From the IMG/VR virus record IMGVR_UViG_3300049855_000239, positions 1-64,000 of that record: a stretch of DNA of 64,000 nucleotides; one strand, 5' to 3'. Positions 37,202 to 48,287 of the stretch are shown in pieces. Every line of letters begins with the position of its first letter. Position 1 is the stretch's first letter. Made by a program: the position numbers and the translations under genes. The notes below the pieces were generated by a model. The model saw nothing but the letters and a program-made list of their open reading frames with translations, was not told where the DNA came from and did no database searches. The DNA comes from a virus.

Positions 37202-37642
37202 TTACTTTCCAATATCCTTAACAGTTAAATTATACAAATGTATAGCATCGGCCTCATTGTCGTCTTTTGGCGTAAAACCTAATTCAATAGCCTTGGCAAT
37301 CATTAGTTCTTTGTTTGCATTTCCCTTGTCGGTGGCGAACTTCTTTATTTCTGTTGCCGAATAACAAGCGAGGTCGATAGACTTTTCAATACATAGGTCT
37401 TTTAGAACGCCAACCATTTCAGAAGCTACCATTATACTAGACTTGTGCATACCTGCTGGTCTTTCGTATGATATAAGTGTTATTCCCTCTAATTGTATCA
37501 GTTCCTTAACCTTACTTTTAAACCTGACTAGCCTCATGCCATCGGACTCGCCTCTGTTTGGCTTTAAATCCCAAACACCGCTTGATGTTTCTGTTCTCCA
37601 ACCTGTCTTTGTTGCGATGTCGAGTGCTAGTATCTTTTTCAT
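37202..37642 (-). CDS. RuvC-like Holliday junction resolvase
   Basis: KILALDIATKTGW, YE, IKKFAT.KGNA.K, DDNEADA. Confidence 0.85.
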   Translation of the reverse strand: MKKILALDIATKTGWRTETSSGVWDLKPNRGESDGMRLVRFKSKVKELIQLEGITLISYERPAGMHKSSIMVASEMVGVLKDLCIEKSIDLACYSATEIKKFATDKGNANKELMIAKAIELGFTPKDDNEADAIHLYNLTVKDIGK

Positions 37643-37843
37643 ATTGTGGTTAAAGTGGCACTTTATCGTTAGTGCCATACGGTCTTCTAATTCTTTCCTT
37701 GAATAACTTTAATACCACTCGGTTTGTGCATATGATAGCTAAATTTCACCGAAAAGAAGAAACGGCTGGTTGGCGGACATATCAGTAGCAAGAATTAGCC
37801 TAACAATGCAGACGGGCATTAGCTTTATGCGTGGGCGCCTCAC

Positions 37844-38032
37844 TTACTTTACAGACTCTCTTTCTTCCTTAATCAAAGCCCTTGTTTCAGTACAAAGCTT
37901 TTTGATTTCGGAAAGGTTGTTTCTTAAACGGATGGATGCCTGAAAGTTTCCTTTTTCTTCAAACTTTTCGCAATCATTAACGCAAGCATGAAATAAATCT
38001 TGCATTTTGGATAGATTTTCAGATGGTTTCAT
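37844..38032 (-). CDS. Hc1-like (histone H1-like) small protein
   Basis: D.EKF.EKGN..AS.RLR..L.EIKKL..E.R. Confidence 0.65.
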   Translation of the reverse strand: MKPSENLSKMQDLFHACVNDCEKFEEKGNFQASIRLRNNLSEIKKLCTETRALIKEERESVK

Positions 38033-38086
38033 TTATGACTAACTTTAAATACGCACAAATATTGCTATAATACTTCTGAATCGCAA

Positions 38087-38701
38087 TTATTTTTTCTTCA
38101 AAGAAGCGTAATATTCAGGCGTTCGTGATATTTTCTTGTCAGAAATGGATGCAGCACGTTTATTGTCGCCAAAAATCTCTTTTCGCAGTTTGTCGATAAT
38201 CACAATCAGGTCGCTGGCAGGTTGGGTTATCTTTACTTTGGTTTCCATTGCCTTCAAAGCCTTATCGTCACCTATTACAAAATTTACCTTGCTTCTAAGT
38301 TTTTGTGTGTACTCTGAAAATAGCGTTTGGTAGGTTATGTAAAGCTCAAATTTGTAATTGTGCTGTATTCTGGAAAGGTAGCACGAAATCATGTCCTCTA
38401 TCTGTAATTGTAAAGGGTTTGGTATGTCTTGCGCCTCGCCAATATTCTCCAAAGTGCCTTGCAAAACCAATACCTCGCATATTTCTTTGTCTTCTATTGG
38501 GTGGTTCTTGAAAATAATGGATAGCCTGTCGTTAAAAAACTCGTATTGGCGCACGTAAGGCGATTCGGTACTATAAGCATACTGGATAAAGTCAGTTATT
38601 TGCTTCTTTTCCTTGTGCTGGAAAGAGGAAAATTCCTCGTAGGCATTAAGTAAATCGTCATTTACGAGCCAAGAATCTGTAATAGCTATTTCTGTTGACA
38701 T
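38087..38701 (-). CDS. hypothetical protein divergent from terminase
   Basis: ORF of about 205 aa from MSTEIA. Confidence 0.6.
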   Translation of the reverse strand: MSTEIAITDSWLVNDDLLNAYEEFSSFQHKEKKQITDFIQYAYSTESPYVRQYEFFNDRLSIIFKNHPIEDKEICEVLVLQGTLENIGEAQDIPNPLQLQIEDMISCYLSRIQHNYKFELYITYQTLFSEYTQKLRSKVNFVIGDDKALKAMETKVKITQPASDLIVIIDKLRKEIFGDNKRAASISDKKISRTPEYYASLKKK

Positions 38702-38756
38702 AATTATATTTGGTATATGACGTAAAATTCGCAATTTTGTATCGAAATGCAACATT

Positions 38757-40877
38757 TTGTACGAACATACTAGCAACCCATATACGTTCAAGTACCTTCA
38801 AACTTCCATCAAAGGAGATGGGATAGAATGCGTTTACCTGCCAAAAGTCCCAGATTCTTCTTTAATACTCGATTTCGGTGGTAAATGGGTAAAGCAAGAC
38901 CTTCCTGAACAATGGGATGATTGGAACGACATTGAGGTATATGAGAACGCTAAGATTCGTAAATTCAATGAAGCCCAGAAAAAAAGACTGGAAGAAGGGT
39001 TGGAGTATCAACCACAGAAACCTCCTTATGTACATCCAAAGAAAGAGGAATATATTGAGCAGGAGTGGGATAGGCGACTAAATGGATGTTGGCTGTATAT
39101 CATGCAGGGTGGGCAGAAGTTACCAGTCTACATTACGGGACTTCATTATTTTGTGCTTCAATGGTGGGATGTTTCATTTGAAGTACATTACCGTGATACA
39201 GACAGGGAGATTTACTACTGGATTGACTATTGGATGAACGACCCACGTTCACTAGGTGGTATTCTGGGAACAATGCGCCAGTACGGCAAATCCGTGATAC
39301 TTGGAGGCTGGGGAATAGAATCAGCCACAAGGACAATAGGCGGCCACTTGGGGATGCAGGGAGAAACCGAAAGGTCTATTTCGGAGTTCTATCAAAAGCA
39401 TATTCTTTATGGTTTCGATAGGTTGGTGGAATTCTTTACGCCACAGTACGACAAAGATGGCAAGCAAAAGGGAGGGATTGAATTTGTTGCCACCAAAAAG
39501 AAGAATAAGCGTTTAAGTAAGGATGAATTACAAGCATCGCTGAATGGTAAGGTTGACTTTGGTGGTTCTAATATCAACTTTTACAATGGCCGAACTCTTA
39601 CCCAGTATATTGGAGAGGAATCAGGAAAGGTAACGGAAGTAGACATTTATGAAAGGCACGAGAAAGTAAAGCCAGCATTACGTAGAAGAAACGGAAAGGC
39701 GTTCCACGCAAGTACATCAGATGAGATAAGCGAGAAGGCCAAGTCGTTCAAAGAGTTGGTGATTGATTCTGATTGTGGACAACGCAAGGCAAATGGAGAA
39801 ACTAAGTCTGGTCTTTATTTTGCGTTTCTTCCTTCGCATCATGCTTATAGCTACGACCAATATGGGATGCCTCGCAGCGATGAAAACCTCAAAGCATTAC
39901 AAGTGGATAGGGAGTCGTATGCCGACAATCCTTCTAAATACACAATGGTATGTAGGCAGTACCCATTGACGGTAAATGAGTATTTTTATCTACCTGCCGA
40001 TAAGTGCTGTTTCAATGTTAGGATATTGCAAGAGAACCTTCAAAGGGTTTATGAAAATCCACAATTGACCACTACCGTAGATTTCATTTGGGAAGGTGGC
40101 GTGGAAGATAGCAAAGTGATGTTTGTCCACGACAAGATGGGGAAGTTCGAGGTATCTACACTTCCTAAAGACCTAGATAAAGAAGCAAATTTGGTGTTTG
40201 ATAATGGGGTTGATGCAGGAGATTTCCGATTTGAGCCATTGAATGATGTAAACTACTGCATTGGAGTTGACCCTATTGATTATGGGGTGGGGTCGGGTGG
40301 TAGGATGTCACGACCAGTCGCCTATGTAAAACGGAAGTATAGCGTTGCTTTGGAAGGCGAGTTGACTCCGCAAGAAAAGCATCAGCGCATGTTGGATAAG
40401 TATGAATACAAGACAGGACTACCAGAGTGTCAATACGATTACAGACCGCACGACCCAATCTTATTTTACGAGCATGTAATTAGATTATGTAGGTTCTATG
40501 GATGTAAAGTACATATTGAGTCAACTAGAGGTCAAGCAATGATTCAGCACTTCCAAAAAAGAGGGTATGCAGCTTTTGTGATGAAACGTCCAGCAATTAC
40601 CCGAACAAGCTCTCGCTGGAATCAAGACACTGACGGAACACCAGCATCGCAGGGGCTTACTCAGGCATATACGGCCATGATTGCACACGATGTTCAGTAT
40701 TATGGACACAGGCATCCATTTAAAGATTTGGTGGAAGACCTTTTAAAGTTCGACCCTAAAAATACCTTAGAGAGTGACTATGCGGTCGCTTGGGGATATA
40801 CATTAATGGCTGAACAAGACGACAAGATAGAGGAAAAACAGCCAGAGATTGATTTGTCCATCTTCAAAAGACACTAA
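38757..40877 (+). CDS. terminase large subunit
   Basis: EW.RR.NG.W, YITG.HY..LQW, RQYGKS Walker A, GEESGK Walker B, IGVDPID nuclease motif; precedes portal. Confidence 0.85.
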   Translation: MYEHTSNPYTFKYLQTSIKGDGIECVYLPKVPDSSLILDFGGKWVKQDLPEQWDDWNDIEVYENAKIRKFNEAQKKRLEEGLEYQPQKPPYVHPKKEEYIEQEWDRRLNGCWLYIMQGGQKLPVYITGLHYFVLQWWDVSFEVHYRDTDREIYYWIDYWMNDPRSLGGILGTMRQYGKSVILGGWGIESATRTIGGHLGMQGETERSISEFYQKHILYGFDRLVEFFTPQYDKDGKQKGGIEFVATKKKNKRLSKDELQASLNGKVDFGGSNINFYNGRTLTQYIGEESGKVTEVDIYERHEKVKPALRRRNGKAFHASTSDEISEKAKSFKELVIDSDCGQRKANGETKSGLYFAFLPSHHAYSYDQYGMPRSDENLKALQVDRESYADNPSKYTMVCRQYPLTVNEYFYLPADKCCFNVRILQENLQRVYENPQLTTTVDFIWEGGVEDSKVMFVHDKMGKFEVSTLPKDLDKEANLVFDNGVDAGDFRFEPLNDVNYCIGVDPIDYGVGSGGRMSRPVAYVKRKYSVALEGELTPQEKHQRMLDKYEYKTGLPECQYDYRPHDPILFYEHVIRLCRFYGCKVHIESTRGQAMIQHFQKRGYAAFVMKRPAITRTSSRWNQDTDGTPASQGLTQAYTAMIAHDVQYYGHRHPFKDLVEDLLKFDPKNTLESDYAVAWGYTLMAEQDDKIEEKQPEIDLSIFKRH

Positions 40878-40921
40878 AAAGTATATAGGTATTATTGTTT
40901 AATTTTGCAAAAAGCGAGTAC

Positions 40922-43288
40922 ATGTTAGGATTACAGGAAGGTCGTATAGTTCCAATAGAGGAAAAGGTAAAGCCTGAATATGGGTATAAGGCTGTTAGTA
41001 ATATGTGGTCTACCTACTCGAACTCCCCAATAGGGGTAGGGTACAACTCGATAGACTATATCAAAAACATGGACTTGGCTCTTGGTAGGCCATCTCAATT
41101 CAGGGAAAATATCTCCAGATTTTTAGGAGCTAGAAATAACGACCTGCTTTCTTCATACGGCATAAATAGCATTGATCCACAGTTAGTAAACCTTTGTCCA
41201 AAGTTCGTCAACCATGTTCATGGGAAATTGATGAATTTCGAATATGAGATTGGGGTGGATGTAATAGATGCTACTTCTGTTAATGAAAAGAAACAGATAA
41301 GAGCTGAATTAGAAGCATACGTCAAATTAAAAGACTTCTATGCAGGTCTTGGTGTTCAGGTGGAGCAAGTACGTAAAGAGTCAGGTATTGAAGAGCTTCC
41401 TGAAACGCAAGAAGACATTGAATTGATAATGACTACTACCTACAAACACCATGAGGCAATGAAAGCCGAATTGGAGTTGAAGGCTATCCATAATCTCAAC
41501 GATTGGAATGCGATAAAAAGTAAGTTTGTTTGGGAATTGATTGTTCAGGGGCAATCTGGAGTCAGGACATTTGTAGACGAATACGGCACTATTAGGGAAG
41601 AATGGTTTCCTATGAACCGTTTTGTTTCTTCTTATTCCGAATCAGAAGACTTTAATAAACTGACACATGCAGGTATTATTGATTACATTACAGTAGATCA
41701 ATTCTATGCAGAAGCAAAAGATTCATTAACAGAGGCGCAAATATTTGATGTCATTAAAAACCATACAACCACAAGTATGGGTATGGCATCGGAAAACCCT
41801 ACTTTCATTACTCCGCAAGCAACAGGAAATGTCAAGTATGTAAAAATCATGCGTTTCCAGTTCTTAGAGGAAGATGTTGAGAACTACGTAAAAAAGAAAG
41901 ATAAGAATGGCAATTGGGGGCATGAGAAAAAGAAAGCAAATTTCTCTATTGCGCCAGAAGAAAAACCTTTTTACGATGCTGGGGAAAAAATACACATTCA
42001 AACATGTATAAAAACTAAGTACGGAGGAACTTGGGTAGTTGGTACTCAGAATGTTTATGATTACGGAATTATCCAACAAGGCAATGACGTAAGACTTGAC
42101 TACCATGTTTATGCGCCAAACATGCGCAATGGCAGGGTTGTTTCTATGGTAGCCCAAATAAGAGAGCCATTGGAAATGATTTCGGTTGCTTGGACAAGAT
42201 ATAAAGACGTTATCGGAAAAGGGTACAATGGGTTACTTGAAATTAATATTGACCTATTAGCAGACCTTACGCTTGGGAAAGGCGGAACGAACCCCAACTG
42301 GAAACACGCACTTGATTTGTTTACTGTGAATGGTATTGTGCTTTCTAAATCAAAAAGAAACGTGCACGACCAAAATATAGGCAAAGCTATTGATATATTA
42401 AACCAAGGGTTGACATCTACCGACTTTGAGAATGTTATCAATCTTAGTATTAGTATGATACGCAGCATTTGCGGCATCAATGAATTGTCGGACGGCTCTA
42501 CACCAAAAGCAGGAACACTGAATGGGGTAATGCAAATGAGTAATCAAGCAACTGATAACAACTTGCAGTATTTCTATCGTGCCTACAATTCTGTTTATCG
42601 CAGAACATCATTAGCGATACTTGGCTACTGGAAGTCAATACCAAGTAACGAAGCATGGAATAGAGAGTATATTATTGGTGTTGAAGCAGCTACCACACAG
42701 GAAGAATGGGCTGCATTCTATGCCAGCCTTGATAGGCAAACGCAAATACCATTGGGAGATGGTGGTCTTAAATATTCCGACTTCATAGAACTTCATAATG
42801 TAAAGAACTTGAAGCAAGCGGAGTTGATGGCTAAGAATCGTTGCCGTAAAAACATGGCAGAAGCTAGGGCAATGCAAGCTGAGCAAATGAAACAGCAGCA
42901 AGATCAATCGGCACAGGCAGCACAAATGGCGAATGATGCCAAGATGCAACAAATGCAGTTGGATTTAGAGATATTCAAGCAAAAAGAGTCATTCTTGACA
43001 TCGCAGATTCTTGTAAGACAAGAGAAGATAAATGAAGGCTTAATATTAAGCAAAGAAGTATCTAACGAAGGTGCATTGGCTGTTGCCAATACCAACATGA
43101 AAGCAATGGTAGTGAAGGAGGCGCAACGCTCAAATTCAGACCAAAAAATCCAAGAGATGAAGAATCAAATGGAACAAATGCGAACTATATTGGAACAAGA
43201 AATGCACGACCTCGAAATGCAGATAAAAGCATCAGAGGTCGCACAAAAGAAAGAGGAGGCTAGCGAGAGTAAGACCACCAAAAGTTAG
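40922..43288 (+). CDS. portal protein
   Basis: ~790 aa after terminase, PKFV motif, IR.ICGINE.SDGSTP, Q-rich coiled C-terminal barrel. Confidence 0.8.
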   Translation: MLGLQEGRIVPIEEKVKPEYGYKAVSNMWSTYSNSPIGVGYNSIDYIKNMDLALGRPSQFRENISRFLGARNNDLLSSYGINSIDPQLVNLCPKFVNHVHGKLMNFEYEIGVDVIDATSVNEKKQIRAELEAYVKLKDFYAGLGVQVEQVRKESGIEELPETQEDIELIMTTTYKHHEAMKAELELKAIHNLNDWNAIKSKFVWELIVQGQSGVRTFVDEYGTIREEWFPMNRFVSSYSESEDFNKLTHAGIIDYITVDQFYAEAKDSLTEAQIFDVIKNHTTTSMGMASENPTFITPQATGNVKYVKIMRFQFLEEDVENYVKKKDKNGNWGHEKKKANFSIAPEEKPFYDAGEKIHIQTCIKTKYGGTWVVGTQNVYDYGIIQQGNDVRLDYHVYAPNMRNGRVVSMVAQIREPLEMISVAWTRYKDVIGKGYNGLLEINIDLLADLTLGKGGTNPNWKHALDLFTVNGIVLSKSKRNVHDQNIGKAIDILNQGLTSTDFENVINLSISMIRSICGINELSDGSTPKAGTLNGVMQMSNQATDNNLQYFYRAYNSVYRRTSLAILGYWKSIPSNEAWNREYIIGVEAATTQEEWAAFYASLDRQTQIPLGDGGLKYSDFIELHNVKNLKQAELMAKNRCRKNMAEARAMQAEQMKQQQDQSAQAAQMANDAKMQQMQLDLEIFKQKESFLTSQILVRQEKINEGLILSKEVSNEGALAVANTNMKAMVVKEAQRSNSDQKIQEMKNQMEQMRTILEQEMHDLEMQIKASEVAQKKEEASESKTTKS

Positions 43289-43700
43289 ACTTAGCATTAG
43301 GCGCAAACCAGTAATAAGAGCATGGATCGTTAGGATGCGCAGTTTGAACGTCCTCTTTGAAATATAAAGATGAATAGTCAGAATATGGTACACAATTAAC
43401 CCACCATATTCTGATTTCAAATACAGAGTCGGGCTTATTACCATTACAATGACAATTCCATTTATACACGTCAGCTTTCGGTATATGAACATCGTCATGC
43501 CTGATAAACGTAACGTTCAATGAACCACTGTTTTTGAATGGTAGCCCAATTTGGGTAAAGTCCTTATAATATGGAGTTTGTTTAGTCTCTTGCACTACAA
43601 CTGGCGTAGCGGTATTAACTTGTGGTTGTGGGTCTTCTGTTTTCTTTTTTGAACAAGAAAATACAGAAGCGATTGCGAGTAATAAGATTAGCTTTTTCAT
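43260..43700 (-). CDS. lipoprotein
   Basis: MKKLILLLAIASVFSC lipobox. Confidence 0.7.
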   Translation of the reverse strand: MKKLILLLAIASVFSCSKKKTEDPQPQVNTATPVVVQETKQTPYYKDFTQIGLPFKNSGSLNVTFIRHDDVHIPKADVYKWNCHCNGNKPDSVFEIRIWWVNCVPYSDYSSLYFKEDVQTAHPNDPCSYYWFAPNAKSNFWWSYSR

Positions 43701-43706
43701 TTTACT

Positions 43707-44606
43707 TTATTTAGAATGTTTATAAACAATACCGCTTTCTTTTACAATAATAAAATCCCCAATAGGCGATTCAAATATTCCCAAGAAATCCTCAAAGCTG
43801 ACATAATCGCCTACGTTTACATTCAATACTTCATCCCCAATAAAAGCCACTTCTCCTTTAGGAAGAAACTTCCTATGTGATTCAGGAATAAACACACCAC
43901 CTTCTGTTTTGTCTTTTTCGGGTTCAGGAGAAATAAGAATATAATCTTCTACTACCACAAATTCATCAGTATGCTTAATAGCAAACACATCCGATTCTTT
44001 CATGGCATAATAGACTTTGCCATTTATCGTCACCTCGGAATTTGAGTTAGGAAGAAAGTAAACATCACATCCACGATAGTTATTTGAATAAACAATCGTA
44101 CCACAATTCAAATGCTTTTTGACTTCCGACTGTATAAACAGCCCACTACTTGTCTTAATTTCGTCCTCGCTTTGAAAAATAGGCTCTAGTAAGATAAAAT
44201 TCTTGTTCATCAGAATATCTTCGCCACGAGTAACGCATATTGCCCTCCAAGCAGGTAGCAGATAAGTGAACGACATTTTAATGTTTCCGTTCTTGTCTAC
44301 TTCACCCCAAAGCTTTTTCTTTTCAATCTCACGATCTTTGTTTAGTGCCGACCAGTAAAAGTGAACCGTATCGCCTACTTCAAATACAGTAGCACCACCT
44401 TCTTTTTCGCACCTTTCAGTTAATCGTTGTGGCGTGGCAATAATTGTGGCATACGTTTTCTTGTACTTATTCGGGTTATAAAGAATATCCTTTTCATCCA
44501 ATGAAATTGTCTTCTCAAAGAACTGCGAAGAACTATTTCCTACGATTAAACCTGTTTCATACAGGCAATCTAGTTCTATGATGTAATTATCTAATACTCC
44601 TTTCAT
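43707..44606 (-). CDS. GroES/Cpn10-like co-chaperonin with tandem domains
   Basis: FILLEPI..TSSGLFI...G.IVY and DYILISPEPEK.KTEGGVFIP...KGEVAFIG....VNVGDYV. Confidence 0.75.
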   Translation of the reverse strand: MKGVLDNYIIELDCLYETGLIVGNSSSQFFEKTISLDEKDILYNPNKYKKTYATIIATPQRLTERCEKEGGATVFEVGDTVHFYWSALNKDREIEKKKLWGEVDKNGNIKMSFTYLLPAWRAICVTRGEDILMNKNFILLEPIFQSEDEIKTSSGLFIQSEVKKHLNCGTIVYSNNYRGCDVYFLPNSNSEVTINGKVYYAMKESDVFAIKHTDEFVVVEDYILISPEPEKDKTEGGVFIPESHRKFLPKGEVAFIGDEVLNVNVGDYVSFEDFLGIFESPIGDFIIVKESGIVYKHSK

Positions 44607-44936
44607 ATTTATGAATTAATCCACTGTTTTAACTCGTCAATCATTTTGTTCGCATCTTCTTTGGAATATAATTGCGAAAAGGCCATCACACTCTTCTGTA
44701 AACAGAATGCCATCTTTTTCTTTTACAACAGACAATATTCTTGCATCGCCCCCAATTAGTACAATTCCCAAAGCCCCATATCCATTACAGGACTTTTCTT
44801 CTTTCCATTGAGTCAGTACCATTTAGTTGATGTTATGCCCAAAAGTAGATAAACATTTCGATTCCGCAATGAAATCGCAATAAAAAAGCAAATAAATTTT
44901 CTTATTTACCTTTGCATAAATCAAAATGATAAAGAC

Positions 44937-45491
44937 ATGACAAGTAATACTCCAGTTATCCCAATCACATCTTACGATGCAGTAAAAGACGAAGCTAAAA
45001 TTGTTTACGAATCAATAGTGGCTTTAAGAAGTGTATCATACCTTGGAACGGCAGCAAATGCAGAAGTTAAGTATATGAAAAGTGGTATTACAGATACCAT
45101 CGCTGCTCTTGAATCTCCTGCTACACTAAAATATTTAGCAGGCGTAAATACCGCTACTTCAACTGGGCTTACCGTTCTAGGCGCAAACGTAGCAGGAACA
45201 AACGTAGGTTCGGCATCGTCAGGAACAACTAACATTATCAATTATATCACTTACGGTTCGGCTGCTACTGGCGTAAAATATACGCTTCCTGCAATCGCAA
45301 AAGGGTTGTGTTATACAATATTTAACACACATGCTTCAAGTGCTTTGAGTATCTATCCTGTTACTGGTGATTATATTGATGCTTTGGCAGTTGACACAGC
45401 TGTATCAATCCCTGTAGGTGGAAGCAAGACTTTCTATACAAAATCAATATCTGCAACTGCAACAGCAAAAAAAGGTTGGTTCTCGTTGTAG
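44937..45491 (+). CDS. probable virion (auxiliary capsid/fibre) protein
   Basis: A/T/G/S-rich, TLPA motif; own TACCTTTG promoter (44907) and terminator. Confidence 0.5.
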   Translation: MTSNTPVIPITSYDAVKDEAKIVYESIVALRSVSYLGTAANAEVKYMKSGITDTIAALESPATLKYLAGVNTATSTGLTVLGANVAGTNVGSASSGTTNIINYITYGSAATGVKYTLPAIAKGLCYTIFNTHASSALSIYPVTGDYIDALAVDTAVSIPVGGSKTFYTKSISATATAKKGWFSL

Positions 45492-45523
45492 TACGGAAAA
45501 TATTATGTTTGGTATTATAACAG

Positions 45524-45555
45524 AAATCCTCTTGCGGTGTCGTAAGGGGATTTTT
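45524..45555 (+). terminator. intrinsic terminator
   Basis: AAATCCTCTTGCG-GTGT-CGTAAGGGGATTTTT. Confidence 0.7.
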
Positions 45556-45670
45556 CTGTTATACAGAATATTATTTGGTAGTTATGGTATTTGATATATC
45601 AATTATTTTGCTATAAATTTGCTTGTAAACGGAATAATATTTCGCAAAAACATAATAAATCGAAACAAAA

Positions 45671-46810
45671 ATGGATGAAAACGAAATCGACCCATTAGAA
45701 GCTTCTTGGGAAAGTGCCGAACAAGCACCAGTGGCCGAAGAAGCAAAAACAGAAGAAACTCCTGTTGCTCCTTTAGAGGAAGAAAAAGTTGAAGAAAACT
45801 CGTTACCTGACATTGTTCCGTTAGAAGACGAAGAACCTATTGTAGAAACACCGCAAGACGTTGATACGTTTTTGCAAGAAAAATATTCAGACTATGGCAT
45901 CAAATCAGGAAAAGATTTAGATGCCTTTTTTCAAAAGCAGTCGGCTTACGAAAGTCAAATAGCTGAACTAAATGCCAAATTGGAGGACGCTTCAAAAAAG
46001 GCAAACCCATTTGAGAACGATGCACAACGCAAGTTATTTGAGTTTGCAAAGTCTTTCGATGGAACAAATGCTAAGGTATTAGCGGAGTTTGAGCATTTGC
46101 AGTCATTAGACGTTGAAAAAATGTCGGCTAAGGACGCTCTGAAAGAAGCCTACGTACAAGCAAATAAAACATTTGGTCGGGCAAAAGCCGAAGAGATGTT
46201 CGATTTGAACTACGAAGACACTTACGATACGAGCGCACTTGACCCTGATGACGATGCAAAGGAGATTCGCAAACGCAGTTTAAAGCTAGAGTTCGATTCT
46301 GTTGATGCCAAAAGAAAGCTGGCAGATACGATAAAGACTTTTAAGCCAGAAGCGACAAGCGAGAAACAAGCCCCAATTAATACAGTGCTTGAAGCGGAGG
46401 TACAGAGAACACTTAAAAATGCCGATGAGGTGTTGTCCAACTTTAAGACCGTAGACATAGTGCTTGATAAAACAGGTGCTAGAAAGTTTACAGTTGGTCT
46501 TTCAGAAAATCAACAAAACATCGTGAATCAAGAGGTTCGCAACTACTTGTCGAACAGGGCAAATTATGACGAAAAAGGAAATTTGCTTAATGGGGCTACT
46601 CCACAATCGGTTGCACAATTTATCACAAAAGCAGCGTTTAACGACCTGATGATAAGGAAGGCATACGAGAGAGGATTGCACGAGAAAGAAATGGAATACG
46701 TGCAAAAGAACGTACCAAAAGCAGGGAAACCTATTTCGGCGGGAAGTAACGCACATCAAGTGGCTACTTCCGAACAAGAGGCATTTGAGATGTCCCTTGC
46801 ATCAAAATAA
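45671..46810 (+). CDS. putative capsid scaffolding protein
   Basis: very acidic N-terminus, helical, directly upstream of major capsid gene. Confidence 0.6.
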   Translation: MDENEIDPLEASWESAEQAPVAEEAKTEETPVAPLEEEKVEENSLPDIVPLEDEEPIVETPQDVDTFLQEKYSDYGIKSGKDLDAFFQKQSAYESQIAELNAKLEDASKKANPFENDAQRKLFEFAKSFDGTNAKVLAEFEHLQSLDVEKMSAKDALKEAYVQANKTFGRAKAEEMFDLNYEDTYDTSALDPDDDAKEIRKRSLKLEFDSVDAKRKLADTIKTFKPEATSEKQAPINTVLEAEVQRTLKNADEVLSNFKTVDIVLDKTGARKFTVGLSENQQNIVNQEVRNYLSNRANYDEKGNLLNGATPQSVAQFITKAAFNDLMIRKAYERGLHEKEMEYVQKNVPKAGKPISAGSNAHQVATSEQEAFEMSLASK

Positions 46811-46839
46811 ATTAACCACAAAAATCAAAGAAAAAGAAA

Positions 46840-48216
46840 ATGGCATATACACAAGCCTCCGCAATTACGAGACAATCTACCGACATGGTGTCGTTGATGG
46901 ATTATATCGACAAACCTCAATATTGGGGTAAATTTATTCAGACCTTCAAAGACCAATACGATTTGGGCTTGATGAAGCAAATGGAAATGATGGACGAAAT
47001 CGTTGGGGGTGAACAATACTTCTGGGAAGAAAACGATAAGTTTATTACTGTTCCTGTTGCTGCTGGTGCGCCAGTAAACAATACTACCTATGCTACTATT
47101 ACTTATGACGCAGCTAGTCATACAGATAGTGGAAAGAAATCATACGGCCGTGTTGGGGAAACCATTGAACTACCAAACTATTTGTCAGGTTTAATTACTG
47201 CTAAAAACACAAGTGTTGATGGCGCACATACAATTGATGTAAAACCAATTGGCACTGACAGTTCTGGCGCAGCTATTACTGTTGCTGCATTGGTGGCTAA
47301 TATCACCGCAGGTATGCCATTGCCAATTATCACTAACGGTTGGACAGAAGGTGGAGCTGGTTTGGGTTCTACTATAATGTCAAGTGTATCTAAATTCTCG
47401 AATAGAATCCAAAATATCACAGAGACTTATGAGGTTACATTCAACTCTCAAACTAATGAGACTTGGGTTGATTTCCCTTTTAATGCACCTGATGGTACTG
47501 CTAAGAATCGTTATTGGGTAAAACAAGCACACGAAGCGGAAATCAGAATGATGAGGGCAATTATGTTGGCTTCGTTCAATGGTAAAGGTGGCTCTACTAC
47601 TGATGCCTCTGGTAATACAGTTTACTTCACGGAAGGTCTTTATACTACTTCTGAAAAATATGCTACTCTATTGCCTTATGGTTCTACCATCTCTAAAGCA
47701 TACTACGATCAATTAGAGAAAATCACTCGTAATAACTTCTCTGGGAACGAGTATACTCAATTTGTAGGTTTGACAGCAAATCAGAAACTACAAGACTTGA
47801 AGGTTGATTACAAAAAGAATCGTCCTGATGGCGTTAGTCCTGAATTGATTAATACACGTGTAAACAGAATGGAGATTGGCGACAATACCTACGACATTGT
47901 TCCGTTGAAAGTTCTTTCTGACCCTTATTCATTGGGTGTTATTGGTACTAAATACCAATCTACTATCCTTACTTTGCCTTCTGGTGCTTCTACTGTAATG
48001 GTGGATAATAAACCAGTTGAATCTAAGTATTTTATGATGAGGTACAAGCCACGTGTACGTCCATACAAAGGCAAGTCTTACTTTGCAGTAGAGACTCTAG
48101 GTTATAACGGTTCAGTTGCTACTAATGCAAATGACGTTAAGACTTACGCTTGGAAAGCATCTATCGGAGCGCAAACACACTCTGCTAGAAACTTCGTCTT
48201 GTCTTACGCTTCTTAA
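46840..48216 (+). CDS. major capsid protein
   Basis: 458 aa, YFWEEND, N.W.EG, NRIQNI.ETY, TEGL motifs; position after scaffold; strong terminator follows. Confidence 0.8.
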   Translation: MAYTQASAITRQSTDMVSLMDYIDKPQYWGKFIQTFKDQYDLGLMKQMEMMDEIVGGEQYFWEENDKFITVPVAAGAPVNNTTYATITYDAASHTDSGKKSYGRVGETIELPNYLSGLITAKNTSVDGAHTIDVKPIGTDSSGAAITVAALVANITAGMPLPIITNGWTEGGAGLGSTIMSSVSKFSNRIQNITETYEVTFNSQTNETWVDFPFNAPDGTAKNRYWVKQAHEAEIRMMRAIMLASFNGKGGSTTDASGNTVYFTEGLYTTSEKYATLLPYGSTISKAYYDQLEKITRNNFSGNEYTQFVGLTANQKLQDLKVDYKKNRPDGVSPELINTRVNRMEIGDNTYDIVPLKVLSDPYSLGVIGTKYQSTILTLPSGASTVMVDNKPVESKYFMMRYKPRVRPYKGKSYFAVETLGYNGSVATNANDVKTYAWKASIGAQTHSARNFVLSYAS

Positions 48217-48222
48217 TTTGAT

Positions 48223-48256
48223 AAGGGAGGTGAAATATCCTCCCTTTCTTTTTTTT
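48223..48256 (+). terminator. intrinsic terminator after major capsid gene
   Basis: AAGGGAGG-TGAAATAT-CCTCCCTT then T run. Confidence 0.8.
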
Positions 48257-48287
48257 GTTATAATACCAAAACATAACCACAATAAGA

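Noticed and set aside
37660-37840. Lone CGTTAGTGCC and GCCTAACA arm-like words, GC-rich patch
   Set aside because: No stem, no central motif and no mutual complementarity; no recognisable ncRNA.
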